A stretch of DNA of 64,000 nt from NCBI RefSeq assembly GCF_009914755.1, contig NC_060932.1. One strand, written 5' to 3'. Shown piece after piece: positions 38,461-52,830 of the stretch. Positions within the stretch are counted from its first letter, which is position 1; every line of letters begins with the position of its first letter. The notes beneath the pieces were generated by a model, which worked only from the letters and a program-made list of their open reading frames with translations, had not been told where the DNA came from and did no database searches. The position numbers were made by a program, and so were the translations under genes. Source of the stretch: the human T2T-CHM13v2.0 reference genome, Homo sapiens.

Positions 38461-39578
38461 ATATCTGTACTCAGATATAATAAGCTATCTATTCTAGACA
38501 AATGACTGATTAGTATTTTCATGCTCATTCTTGTACATAAAAGGTAAAGTGTCCTATAACCATCATATTTTTTGGAATTCCAGAGCATAATGCCAGCGAT
38601 TTAACTGTATGGATAGTAGTTAAATCCTTAACAATATATAGTACATGTTCATTTTCTAAATAGTAGTTTTAATGTTATAAATGAAATGCAGCTTTTGCAA
38701 ATTGAAAATCATGATAATAGAAGTCTGTACCCTCCCTTTATGGCCCATTAACTATCTTTGCATCATAATATAGTTATCTTTCTCAAAAAAATTAAGCATT
38801 TAGCTCTCTCAAAGATGCTGTCACTTTTTTACCCTAATACGTAACAAAGTTGAATGGACTCCTTTCCTCCACTGTTGTATAAATTTAATCTACATTACAA
38901 GATACCACACTACTATTCAAGATCTATTTGAGTGTTTAGGCATTTCTTACCAAAATAATCTGATACCTACTTTTTAAAGAAGTCAACTGGTCATGTCAGT
39001 GAAAATGGCTTAATTTTGGCATATAGTTAGTAAAGGCTAAATTGCAAGTCCAATCTATTTTTCTGATCTTATGTGTTCACCTGAAAGCAAAATAATGAGT
39101 TCAGATATTCTTGCATGGAAACATACTCATTGTGATCAGAATGAAGGAAGTTATTGCTAATGCACTTACAAATATGTTTATCCCAGCGAGCTAATGTGTC
39201 TCAATTCCTGAAAGTCATTATTACCTTGCTCCTTTCTAGTATTTTAAAAGATAAAAAAGTGATAAATTTCAAAATAATAAAACATCATTATTTTTGACAT
39301 TGAGGATGTCATTTTGTAAATTAACCTATGACATTTTTACTTTTTGGTTAATCCTTCAGATTTACTCTTCATTGCTTTTAACTATGAATTAAAGTAATGA
39401 GTTGAATTAGGTAAATGTCTAACATAATTACCATGTCCTCAGTAAAAGATGATTGTTAATGTGTCTGATGATGGCTGGTTGACTAGAAATTATCTTCAGT
39501 TCCACATTTTCAAAATGAATGCACCGTGGGTGGAATGGAAAATAATAATTTAAGGCACATTAACCATTAATATAGATC

Positions 39579-39715
39579 TAGGGTGACCAATTGCCCCTGT
39601 TTGCCCAGGACAGGGAACTTTGGGTTTTAAAACTGATACCAAGGGGTACCTGGGATGCTGAATGTTCAGTGCTAAAACCAGGAAAGTCCAGGCAAGTGCT
39701 GAGTGGATCAGGCTA
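39579..39715. mobile_element. MER81-like hAT-Blackjack MITE
   Basis: Left TIR TAGGGTGACCAA...GTTTGCCCAGGAC; internal TTCAGTGCTAAAACCAGGAAAGTCC; degenerate right TIR; 8-bp flanks TATAGATC / CATAGATT. Confidence 0.7.
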
Positions 39716-39949
39716 CATAGATTACTGCACAATTAATTATAGTAAATTGATTCTGTATGCAACTTAAATAAACCCAGTTTATTGAGGCATGATCCAGTTT
39801 GCCCGTGTGAGAACCTGATTTCTGTGAACGTGGAGATTTAGCCATAGGTGGCTGAAGGAGAGACATAATATAGATGATGATGTTAATGATAGCAATGGTA
39901 ACCATTTATTGATGACAGGACTGGACTTTTTTAAGACTTAGCCAAAGAT

Positions 39950-40180
39950 AACATTCTCTGAAATCTTTCTTGATATCCTTACCCTACCCAGAATTTTCTG
40001 ATTCTTCCTTTTTACTCCCAATGTAACCTGTGCCGAAGTTTATTATAATGCCCTTAAACTTCCTTATTTGTTTATTTGTCTTCCTCTGCTAGAATATAAG
40101 CTTCTTTAGGAGGATAGAGGCATTATGTTATTTATCTTTGTACCCCAAGCATCCAGTATATTTAATGAATGAATGAATGA
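39950..40180 (+). mobile_element. L2 3' end
   Basis: CTAGAATATAAGCTTCT...TTTATCTTTGTACCCC...(AATG)n terminus. Confidence 0.65.
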
Positions 40181-43100
40181 CCTAGGTATTTTTTTTTACT
40201 CTTCAAAGTAATACAATAAAATACATGATACCATCCTGTTTTACTGATGAGAAACAAGTATCTAAGATGTTCTGTAACAAGCATAAGAATACGTTAATAA
40301 ATTATGAAGCCAAAGATGGAAAATCAGATCTGTCTGATTGCAAAGCCAGTTCTCTTTCCATTACTCTGTATTAAATAATGCTGGCCAAACATAGTGACTT
40401 GGAGGACCCTCTCCTTTCAGTAAGAGAGTAGGAATCAGATATACAAATGAAGACTATGTCAGTCTTATTATGGATACTGATGAAAGTTTTCTGGTAATCT
40501 GCAAAATAGATTTTATAGATAATTGCTGTGGAAAAGAAGTGACTAAATGTAAAATATAATCTCTGCTGGTATGTTTAGACCAGGCAATCAAAATGCATGA
40601 CCTAGTCAGACAAAGCAAAAGGTTCTTTACGTGTTCTTCTTGTATCATCAGTGAGCCTTTTTCATTTAAGTACAATGAAGTGTCTCTGCCTTAAGAAATT
40701 CTTCAGAGGCAGAAATTCATTATTCTTTATTAACTCACTGTGCCCTTCTCCTTCTTCTGCACCTTTTCCTGTGTATTGTCTCCCATTTTAAAATGTATTA
40801 ACTGAGAACTAAAGATAGCAAAGTGTTGTCAATATTATAAAGTATAGTAAGACAGCATAGAACTACATGGAGAATATATTGATACCAGCATCTTTTACAC
40901 AGTGATGAATTAATAATTAAACCAAACAAAACCAAACAACAAAACAGTTTTACAGCTACTTGGGAAATATCTGTAAACAAAGTTTCCTAATAATTAACTC
41001 TTGGAATATCGTCACTTGTACAAATGCTGCAATTCTAGCAAGTTTGGGACACTTACAGGAAACTGTCTGCAAATAAACATGTATAATGATTTTAGTGTAT
41101 ATGACATGAAACAGACGGTGACCCATTTATTAAGGTCCATTACACAGATATAGGAGGGACTTTAAAGGCATCACAAAATACTTGCCAGGAAGTAAATGTT
41201 GACTATTTCCAAATCTCAGTGCAAAATGAGATAGATAACGTTAACATGCACATGGAGTAATACATTCTTTAAGTACCTATTCAGTGAGGACCTGCTATGT
41301 GCAAGGCACGTATTCCAGATATATATTAATGAAAATTGTGATCAGTTAAAAATAAATGTTACTATTTTCATTGATCTCATTTTCTATTTTCAATAAATCA
41401 ATTACAGGTAAAATGTGTTATGAGTGACAAAATGACTGGAAAGTTTTTGCCTTAATCAAAATTTGTGTAATTATTTTTTGTAGGTAATCAGGTGATTTAG
41501 AAGCTTAGGAAATTATGATGCTATTTTTATAGTTATTATGCTATTATTATGATGAATCACCCATTCATGTGCATTAAGCAGCATTGATTAATATTTAGAT
41601 TTTCAGCGTTTTAAGTGTCTGTACCTTATTTACATATTATTAAAAAGTCACCTTGGTTGTAATCATCTGTCTTCCCATGATCACAATACAGGTTTGTGGT
41701 TTTCAATATGTCATGACTAAGAAGAGATTTTATGGTGCTTAAATATGTAGTAAATTCATTAAACCTTAGTCATGAGTAAAATGATCCCTGTAATGCCACT
41801 AGTTGCATAATACCTGCTTCTGATGCCTGCTTTTAATTTTTCTAAATACATTGGCTGGTTTCTAGAAGATAAATGTAATATTCTACAGAGCTATAGACTG
41901 TTTTGCCACTTGGAATATCTCGAACAGTTGTCATGGGCAAGGCCGCAGGTGCTATATCCCAAGTGTATACTGCTTTTATTTTTACATGTACAAAATATTA
42001 GAATAATAAATATATGGTAAGGCTTCTAGAAATGAAAACTGTTGTCAATCTGTAATTTATAGAAAATTTATGTAAGAAAACTTATGTTGTCTTTTAAGCA
42101 ATTCTCCTGCATAATAACTTAGTTTAGAGTAAGAAATATGCATCTTATCTAAACTGATTTATAGACCACATGCTATTTTTACAAATATTTAAGAAAATTC
42201 CTAGATAAACTTTGGAACCAAAAACAATGTAGCCTAATAACAATGTCAACTATACTTACAGTATAATTTTATATATAACCTTTTATCTTTATAATAATAA
42301 ATACTATCACAGCCATTTAGAGAAGGCAATTTTAGTTTACCTCTATTGCTTAAAGGCTTTAGCTATTATTTATGCACAACAAGAATTCTGACTTTTTAAA
42401 ATTAGTTTTAAAATTTTGGATCAGCTTTATAAAGAAACACATTGTTGTTAAATGCAGACAAATGAGAACCTTGCCATTTCTGCATTTATGACCAGAAGCC
42501 AACAGAGTCAATTTTCATGTTTATTTATTCTTTGCTTTAGAATGTTATGTCAGTTGACAGTATTCAGGGCTTGTGTTGATGTAAATTGCCATAAAGCAAG
42601 GAAACACGGGCTATAGTACTGTCAGGGAGGCTCAGCACTGCAGAACAACACAATTTAAGAAAAGCATTTGCAGAAAGATTCAGTGTCAGTCTTCGGAAGT
42701 TGACTGTAGATGCAAATTGGCATCAACTACTTCACAATCTCCCTCTAACAAAAGAGATGGAAAGGGTGGAATCACCAAACAGAGTGCACTTTTCGGCATA
42801 GTAGCTTTCATGAAGACAAAAATAGGATCCCATTTGTTCATTCACAATGGATATTCAGACTCCACATTCTGCCACCCCCATGTTTTATTGGAGCCTGCAA
42901 TTCTGCCAGGAGAAGGGTTGCCTCATGCTAATTCATCCTAATGTTTCTCCTCCTTCCTACATAGGGGAAGTCTTCCAACCCTTCCTACTTTTTAAGATTA
43001 GAAGAAACGATTCCTCTTAAGCCAACCATCTCTTTGGTTACCTTTCTGTAATGCCTTTATACTGATGAAATGCTGTTATGTTTTACCTAAGTTCGGATAT

Positions 43101-43185
43101 TGTCATTGTCTCCTGCTGACTCAACATGCATTGTAGCCAGGATCCTGGTCTAAATTCCTGTTATACAAAACCCTGAGCTCTTCTA

Positions 43186-43486
<301 letters not shown>

Positions 43487-44239
43487 TAGTCAGCTCTAGA
43501 ATTCTTAGGGCATAGAGGCAATGTTAACAAATCAGAAGGTACATTACCATTTTAAAAAATTTTGTCAGGCTTATACTCAGATCTCTTTAAACATTACCTA
43601 CATTTAAAGAATTATTGTATGTAAGAGATAAACACACAGGAAAAAATATTTGATTTTTGCTTTTGACCTGTGTCATTAAAATAAGATGATTCTCCTTATT
43701 TCTCAAGAGGCATTCCAATTTTAAATAGAGTGGTAGGGAAAAAAGTGATTTTAGCAGGGATTTACCTGTTCGTTTGTACTGGTAAGTTATTTTTGTGTTG
43801 ATAAATTATTTACACTTTAATGGAATTGAGGTGTCATCATCTTCCATTTATATTATTTTGCCTTCCTTTTTCACAAATTTTTTACTATTAAGAAAGCTAC
43901 AAGAGGTGTTATTTGAGGAAACAGTCCTATAATATCATTCTTTTTTTAAAATTGACAGTTTCCTCAAATATTTATGGGGGAACCTTTCTACTTCTCAAAT
44001 TTGAACAGACAACTTTAGTCAATGCTTAGCATTGATTTTTTGACAACTCATGTCCATTTCAACATTTTATTGTGAGATAGCTAGGAAATTAGTTGTAAGA
44101 GCAGAAAGGTAATTAGGTAGGTGGTATAAAATTTTTGACAGTTTTGACACTACTGATATTTTCAGGAAAAAAAAACGCATACATATCCTAGTTTAGAGTA
44201 AGTCTAGCTGAAAATTTAAATATATTTTTAACTGAACAT

Positions 44240-44425
44240 AATTTTTGAGTTTGAGATAATTTTAGATATACATATAGTTGTAGGAAATAATACAGAGAGA
44301 ACCCCTGTACCCTTTGTCCATTTTCCCCAATGGTAACATTCTGCAAAACCATGGAACAGTATCACAAGCAAGATATTGACCTTGATTCAGTCAACATACG
44401 GAATATTTTCATCAGCGCAGGAATG
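44240..44425 (-). mobile_element. L1MC 3' fragment
   Basis: GTTGTAGGAAATAATACAGAGAGA...TTCCCCAATGGTAACATTCTGCAAAAC...GATATTGAC. Confidence 0.75.
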
Positions 44426-46621
44426 TGACTATTAAAAAAAATTTAAATTTTTGAGGATTATTCTACCTCCAAATTCTTTAGTACTAAATATTCTTACATC
44501 TAGACAAACTAAAATAGGATTTATAGGAAAAATGATTTGACTAGAGAGTCAATATGCCTGAATTCATATCTCAGCTCTGCCACCATCACTGGTTTAATTA
44601 CATTTGGGGAGTCACAGCGTGGTGGGGCCTCAATTTATTCTTTTGGAGGGACTTAGTCTAAATCAGTGATTGTCAACTAGAATGAAAGTGAGGGAACTCC
44701 TCCCCTGGAGACTTGTCAGAATCTTGGAGGAGACGTTTTGCAGACAAAGCCCAACTCTTTTCCCTCCACACTCCTACCTCCACCACCATCACAAGCAAAT
44801 TCTGATGTTTGTTCCTAGACTTCTAAGATTTTGTCTCCCTCATCTTCCATTGAGGATTGCTTATGGAAACAACGTAATAGATTCCTAGCAAATCTTCATG
44901 TATAGTGTGTCAGCAACTAGTCTCAAGTGTCTAACGTTCTTTTCAACTTTAAAATAATAATAAGAAAAAATATCTACCAAGAACACTAAAAATCTTTGTG
45001 CTTCACACCATCTAGCTGATGATGCATAAGAGTAGAGGAAAATGTGGTCAATACATGAGCCAAATTCAGAGTGGTGCATGCAGAAGGCTTCCTCCAACAG
45101 GGATTTGAGAGAAAGGAGATCTGAGGAAATCCAGTTCCACTAGGGAATGATCCCACAGAAATGGAATCTTCCAGCTTGAGAACCTGAAGAAAGTGACTCA
45201 CACTACATGAGAATTTGACCCTATCTGATGCTACTTTCAAACATATTTGAGTATTTATAGTTTCTAATTTTTGGAATACGTAGCTTTCTCTATAATTTTG
45301 ATACCCTATCTCCAGAAAAGATTTATTATAAAGTTAGAGCACAAAGAAAGAAAGATACAGTTGTGTTTTTATCATTACAATTGCTGCCTTAAGCATTTCT
45401 TTCTGTGGTCTAGTCTAAGTTATTAAACCTCATTAGTTTTTTACTTCTGGTTAGTGCTGTCTCCTTGATTGTGGCAAATGCAAGTTACCAATATGACTCT
45501 TTGCTACTTCTTTCCATAAGAAGACAAAATATATGGCAAAAAGAGAAAAAAACTCTAGGATTCCAAATTATAAGCACTACTCATATTGAAAGTTAGAAAA
45601 AGAAAATGAGCCTGAACTGAAAATCAAACAAAAAGACGAGAAAAGGAAATGGAAATAAAGTTTCCCTGTATCCCATTAGGGTTGATACATTAAAGAAAGA
45701 GTGAGGATAGCTGGAAATAATATTTTCCTTCAAATGACAGCTAAATGAGATCTTTGGAGCTGTGCCACAATGAGTGAAGTCAGGGAGACAGGGCCGGTAG
45801 TGACAGGAGGAGAAAAGTGCTTCTTCATGTGTCAGCCCTGGGTTTAAAATAACTCAGAAGGTATAAAAGAAATTCCCTCCTCAGATACAAGATTATTTGT
45901 GGGACACCTGATTACCATTTAAGAGATATCAACAGTTAAAGGAAGGTGATTTAAATCTGGATAGCTCCCTTTTAAATCCAGCCCTCTGATTCTATAAGGC
46001 AAATGACAAGGCTGTCTAGACATGGAGTACATTGAGCAAGGTTTAGATGAGGGAGCCCCGGAGACTGTGAGACAGACCTGTTCTGTGCCTGAGAATGTCA
46101 GTGATGACTCACAGGAGGTGGAGAAAAGTGTGCTCAATGTATGGGCCAGGCTCAGGGAGCTCCTTGAAGACAGATCATTTGGTATTAATGATACAGCGAT
46201 ACCACAAAGCACAGGAGGTGTAGCCTGCTAGCATTGAAGTTAGGAACTGATTTGAATTAACCCAGTGTTTGAATCTGGATGCAAGAGCCTGTATGGTATC
46301 TTGCATGCTAACTTCTTCATAATCTTGTTCCTGAATGGGTGCCAGATTGAGGAGTCTTTGGGATAGTTGATATTTCTTTTAAAAAGCCTGATCTATATAA
46401 AGCTGTATCAACCACGTGCAACCACTTTAGCATACCACTCTATATTAATAGAATAGAAAAGATAATTAGCAGAGAAAAAGAGCCAAGGAAAGCTACCAAG
46501 AATTAGTGAAATATAAAATGTGTTCTTATTATCCCTTCCTCAATAAAGGGGCAAACAAGGTTGTTCTGGTATCATCTGTGGGAATTTTACACAAACTATT
46601 TTAGGAGGAAGGTGGGTGACT

Positions 46622-46660
46622 AGATGATGGATGGATGGATAGCTGATGGATGGATGGTGG
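46622..46660 (+). repeat. Degenerate (GGAT)n
   Basis: GATGGATGGATGGATAGCTGATGGATGGATGG. Confidence 0.8.
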
Positions 46661-47161
46661 CTGAAGTGGGTATGTGCATTGAAAGAAACTGCAACAGAGC
46701 ACTATCTTCTGAAGTCACTTGAAGTTATCCCAAAGGTCAGGGGAAGAAAAGGGAAAACCAGAAACCACATATGAAATTAGCAAAGCTGAGCCCGAGTCTG
46801 AACGCACTGTGAGGAGGAAGCACCATTAGGGAGGTGATCCATTGCCAGTGGAAAGCCAGAAGCTCAGAACCATTAGCTGAGACCGTGCTCCTCCCAGGCA
46901 GGGACCCTCTAGTTGCCTGGGGAGATGATCTGAATTCACATAGGAATGGTCGTTGCCTCTTCCATGAGGATCATGAGAACATCACTAGGTCCAAACCACA
47001 AGCTGTTCTTGTAAAAGATAGAGTAAATGGTTACATCAAATATAATCATAACTGTAGTCAACCTGCAGCTCAGAGATATGTAAGAGTACAAGTAAAGCTC
47101 TTTATCCACGTGCTGAACATTTTTATTAAAATGTGTGAATGAAAAACTATTTTAAAAAATA

Positions 47162-47243
47162 GACCAGGCATGATGGCTGATGCCTATAATCCCAGCATTT
47201 TCAGAGGCCAAGGTGGGAAGACTGCTTGAGATCAGGAGTTCAA
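47162..47243 (+). mobile_element. Truncated Alu left-arm 5' fragment (AluJ/FLAM-like)
   Basis: GACCAGGCATGATGGCTGATGCCTATAATCCCAGCA...TGCTTGAGATCAGGAGTTCAA, then stops abruptly. Confidence 0.85.
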
Positions 47244-47348
47244 ATCCACCCCCATGAGCTAGTCACCTCCCACCAGGTCCCACCTCCAACAATGGGGATT
47301 ACAATTCAACATGAGATTTGGGTATGGACAAATATCCAAACTATATCA
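47244..47348 (-). mobile_element. MST (MSTA/B-like MaLR) LTR 5' fragment
   Basis: Reverse complement reads TGATATAGTTTGGATATTTGTCCATACCCAAATCTCATGTTGAATTGTAATCCCC...GGTGGGAGGTGA, the MST LTR start. Confidence 0.85.
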
Positions 47349-48919
47349 GGTGGTTACTGTAGAGAAGGGGAGAAATGAACTCCCTTAACGTTCCAGCTAG
47401 ATCTTACAGAAGAAAATAGGAATTAGTTTTGATGGTATACAGAAAGGAAAACCATGTGAAAACAAGGCATAAGGCTACCAATATGTTTAATGAGAATAAA
47501 AGGAAGAAAGAATAAGTGACTAACATACGTACGAAACATGCAGCTCTTAGATCCATGTTCCTTCAGTGCTCTTTATACTTTTCATGGCTTTTCCCACGTA
47601 AGCCGCTCAACTCACCTAAACTTCTGTGCCCCATAACCAGTTTCCATTAATTGACATTATAACCATCTTTCAAAGCATGGAGCAGATACGGCCCTTTTTC
47701 CCAGCTACAAGGATTTGTCAAAAGCAGCTTTTTAAAATGGTTATCTTCGAATGTGCCTAATTTTTCTTATCACACTGTAAACTTTTTAAGTCAAAAATCT
47801 TATGATCAAATCATCATTACCATTTATTACTTTTCATCTTCACCTGTCTGCCTCCCCTCTGCTCAACCCCAGCCCCTCATGCAGTACGTGCACAATAAAT
47901 ATTTGTTGAATTATGAATGAATACCTAATATTGACATGCAAGGAGTTTCATGCCTCAGTTAAAACTCCCAGAAAATCTTTTTCCAGTCCCCAGTTAGAGC
48001 CAGTGTAATAACAGTGACTTTTTTTCAACAATTACTTAAATAACATTATTAAAGCAATTGTTGCTTTAGGTTGTTCATTAATAAAAATAAATGTATATTT
48101 TCTTTACTGTTAGAACAGTTTGATTCTGTATGAATTCCTATTCCTGATTTTATTATACTCCTGAAACCACAGCTTGCTGCTGGTTCATCTATTAGGCATT
48201 TGAAATGTTGAATTACTTTGAATTGCATTTGTTCTTATATTGCCTAGGCTCTGGTTGGCCTCCTAGGGTCGTCACACCATAATCTTAAACACAACATGTG
48301 CCTTGTGGCCCAGATGTTTTCCAAGAGGGAGTGCTGCAGCCAAGAAAAGCAAGATAGTATCTTGAATACCCAAAGGGGTTGATATGACTAAAAAGCAACC
48401 GTACAGCCAACTGTAGAGCTGTCCAAGAAAAAGTGAGCCTATTATTTGTATAGTTTAGGTTTTTGTGATCAAATAGTAAAATTTGCAAAAGTTTCATGAT
48501 AAGATCTTTTGCTTCACAGATTCTCGTAATATCTGCTTTTGTAGTGTGGACTCCAGTGTTCAGCAGTTTGTAGATAAAACTGGGATCGTGGCAACAATAA
48601 GAGAAATCAAAAAAAAAAAAAGGAAGAGTTCATGGACTCTTGTTTCTTCATAAATGTGACATGATAAAAATTACCTTTCTTTCTTAATATTTGAAAATAA
48701 CATAAAGAATGAACAAAGATTGCTTCTAGAACTAAACTTGGATTGAGGCAACTTAATAAACGGCTGTTTGTTGTTGTTTCTGTTCTTTTCTTCTGACAAT
48801 ATTTACCTTTTATATTCTTGTGGAGAGCTGAGATACCTGCAATTGTGCTTTTAAAAAATTGTTCTGTCTTCTTGCAGTGAGGTCTCTTTTTTGGCTTACT
48901 TATTAACAAAGAAGCAAAT

Positions 48920-49050
48920 TACATATATACATATACTTTATGTAACATGTATACACATATGTATATGTAACAATGTAATGCTATGTGTATACATATATGT
49001 ATGTGTAATATACATATACATATTTATACATATGAAATATAAATATCTAT
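48920..49050. repeat. Degenerate (TA)/(TG)-rich simple repeat
   Basis: ACATATATACATATAC...TATGTGTATACATATATGTATGTG. Confidence 0.8.
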
Positions 49051-50249
49051 ATTTTTATTTCATTTACCTACTAGCTGATTCACATCGTTTTCATAACCAA
49101 AATATAGCTCATGGCTTGAGTATGAAACCCTGACAAAGTATGGAATTTCACATACATGTCATGATAATGTCCTAGTCAGATTCAGTCCTACCTCTTGCTT
49201 CTGAAAATGTGCTAGCTTCTGTTCTAATCCTAATTGCATGAATTAGTTCATTGTCCAGTTTAGAAGAGAGGAACGAGTAGGAAGCTGCTTTGGTTCTGGG
49301 GTCAATCTAGGACTTCAGGTCTATTTTAGGGAAAGCATTCTAGAATGTCCTTGCCCTTCCTGATACACTTTGATATACCTTCAACTTTGAGATCATTGAC
49401 TTAGTGTTATCTTGAATGAGGGGGTCCAATAGAGCCAGCTACTCCATGCTGATTTAGATCTCAATGCTTTTGAAATTCAAGTTTTTAAAGCACTTGACTC
49501 TCTGTTTTCTCCAAATGAAATCCTATTTTGTATTTAAAACAGTAAGACCAGATTTCCCCTTTTGAAGTAATTATAGGATCCCAAGAACCCTTAATTCCAC
49601 TGGTCCCATGGTCTACTTATCCCCCCGCCCCCCACAGCAAGTCCCTTACCCCTGAGGCAGCTTCAGCGACTCCTCCACTCACCCAGCACTGTAGGAAAAT
49701 GTCTGCTGTGCTCCAGCCAGAGCAGACCTACTGTATTGCAAATTTATCGTGGCTGGACCATCCTCCAGAGATGTATGCCATAAGGACAATGGAGGCCTCA
49801 GCTAAGTACCTCCTGCTGCATTCATTCCCAGGGTAGTAGGTGGTATAGCTGCAAGACACGGAACCCAGTATTTTAGGCCTTGCTCCATTTTCTCTAGGCT
49901 TCAAAGCTCTGAGCCAGTGATAGTTTATAAAAGCCCAGGACTCCAAAGAATTAAAATCAGCACCTGTAGATCTCCTGGTGAAGATAAACTCCATGGGCAT
50001 GTAAAGAAAGCAATAAAGATACACACATAGTTTTTTTTTTTCTTTTGAATATCAACAGTAACCTTGAGCAGAGTGACTCTTTATCAGGGCTCTTGGTACT
50101 TAGGCTGAGCTGGTGATCACAAAGGAAAGAATTAGAAATTTAAGGTGATTTTATTTTATTTTATATTTTTAGTAGGAGTATCTGGCTGCTATCTAAGGAA
50201 TCTCTTCTATTAGTTACATGGAAACTTGGAGATTTTATTGTTTCCCTCT

Positions 50250-50251
<2 letters not shown>

Positions 50252-50295
<44 letters not shown>
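50252..50295 (+). repeat. (GT)22 perfect microsatellite
   Basis: Uninterrupted GT run. Confidence 0.97.
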
Positions 50296-50297
<2 letters not shown>

Positions 50298-50376
50298 GCC
50301 ATTTATTAATCCTAACTCCCCCAAGAAAAGACAATCTATAAATTTCATTTTCACTCACATTAAAAGGTGAGATGCA

Positions 50377-50692
50377 GGCTGGGTGCTGTGGATCACACCT
50401 GTAAACCTAGCACTTTGTGTTGACTTAGTGTTATCTTGAATGAGGGTGGACAGATCATGAGGTCAGGAGTTCGAGACCAGCCTGGCCAAATGGTGAAACC
50501 CTGTCTCTAGTGAAAATACAAAAAATTAGCTGGACATGGTGGCGGGCGCCTGTGATCCCAGCTACTTGGGAGGCAGGAGAATCTCTTGAACCAGGAATGG
50601 GAGGTTGCAGTGAGCCGAGATTCTGCCACTGCACTCCAGCCTGGGCAACAGTGCCAGACTCCGTCTCAAAAAACAAAACAAACAAACAAAAA
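50377..50692 (+). mobile_element. AluS (Sg-like) with a foreign insert in the left arm; TSD AGGTGAGATGC
   Basis: Alu consensus on both sides of a non-Alu segment at 50418-50446; (AAAC)n tail; AGGTGAGATGC on both flanks. Confidence 0.93.
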
Positions 50693-52482
50693 TAGGTGAG
50701 ATGCCAATTCTCTTCCTGACTCTGCACTCCAGTGCAGTGCTCCATTTCCCCTATTGATAATACCACCCCAAACATACCTATTTTTCCAGGACCACATTTC
50801 TTCAAATTGCACTAGTCATGCTGTTAAGAAACACAGAATCTAAAAATGATCTGAGAAAAAGAGAATTGCAATTACAACCACAAAATTTTCTATATACTAG
50901 TGAATGGATAAAGATATTTATTGTGACACATTGAGCAATTTTTTTGAAAGTTCATGTACTCTTGCTCAACTGATTGAAACTTTGGGAAAATGTAACTTTT
51001 TGAGTTGTAAGATCATGTAAAAGTTAAATGAAGGAAGAACAGCAAAGAAGTTATGGGAATTGTTGTTGTGATTAAGTAGTTAAATTTGTATATTTTTTTC
51101 CTGCTGATTAGGGAGTTGTTACTGAAATACGTTAGCAGGATCCTTCTTTTAGCTTTTCACATGAATATTTGGGTTGCTTTCTGCCTTGATAATTAAAAGA
51201 GAATTGTGTATATCTTGTTTTCCCTAAAGAAAGGTGATACTGACTTTATCATGTCATCATAATCTTCACAGCTAGTAGTGAAATACCTTTATTGAACATC
51301 CACCATATATATAAGACTGTTCTAATCTAAACTCAATAAACCTTTAAGGTCTATTTCTTATTCTTCTTACTTTATTTCCATAACTTAATTAGCCTTCAAA
51401 GCCCAATTCTAATATGCATAATGACTTGAAGTATTTTCCAAATACAATCAGTGATTTTTTTGTGTGTGCTAAGTGTTCTCAGGACAGGGTCAAAACTACC
51501 TATTACATACATTCACCATGAGAATTTAGCACAGTTGGCCTCTGGCAACAGACTCAAAGATTTATTCTGTGTAGCTATTTTCTAGCCTGCTGGATTCCAG
51601 CCAGTTGCCTAATGGATCATGAGTGAGTCAGTTTCATTCAGCCTCTTAGCAAAGTCAATTTGTCCAGCAGCACACAATTTTCTGTCATGTAGGGTCTTTG
51701 CCTGGCATTGCTGTGACAAACACAATCTAACTGTTTTGCTTCCCTAGATTCCAACTGAGCTTTGGCCCTGGAAGGCTGGCTTAGATAATCAAAGTCCCCT
51801 CTAAGGAGGGAAAGATGGTATAATGAAGGCTTCCTGGAAAAATTAGACCCTACAATTTACCCATCTCCAAAAGTGGGTCATGGAACAAAAATATCCATGT
51901 ATTAAGTTAGATTAATATTTGTGTGTGCAATGAACAACAGCATTTGCCTTTTGATTACTTCGGGCCCAAATGAGCTTTCTCTTTTAAGTAGCAGAAAAAT
52001 AACAAAAGCAGAGTACACCTGGAAGGGACAGAATAGTCACAGGCCAGTGTTGTAAGAGTCAGTGTGGCACTTCTGAAGGAAATCTGCCGAGTGCATGGGA
52101 TACTAGAGCACCATGATGGGCAGGAGGAGAAACACCCTCTTTCTCTACCTTCCTTCTCTACCGCCACTCCTTCGAGATGGCCAAGTATGGAATTTCTCTG
52201 TCAGGGGTCCTGCCACCTGACATGTGCAGGTCCAGTTAGGTAGTTGAAAAGGACACATTACTACACTTATCAGGGTTCTCACTACAAACAAATTTTCATA
52301 GTCCTTCTGGAAATAAGCCACATCACCGAATGCCTTTCCGGTAGCTGACATGATTGATTGTGGACAACGAAGAAGTCACTTATTCCTAAGGAAGAGACTG
52401 GAGTGAGGGTTGCTGTTTGCACATACATAAAATCCTAGAAGAGATACCAAAGCTACATTATGCAGAAAGATTATTATTTTAG

Positions 52483-52830
<348 letters not shown>

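Noticed and set aside
46022-46231. 69-aa acidic ORF with good Kozak context (gacATGg)
   Set aside because: No recognisable homologue or supporting splice sites; the DNA resembles degraded antisense L2. It does not match any NRG1 alternative exon I know.
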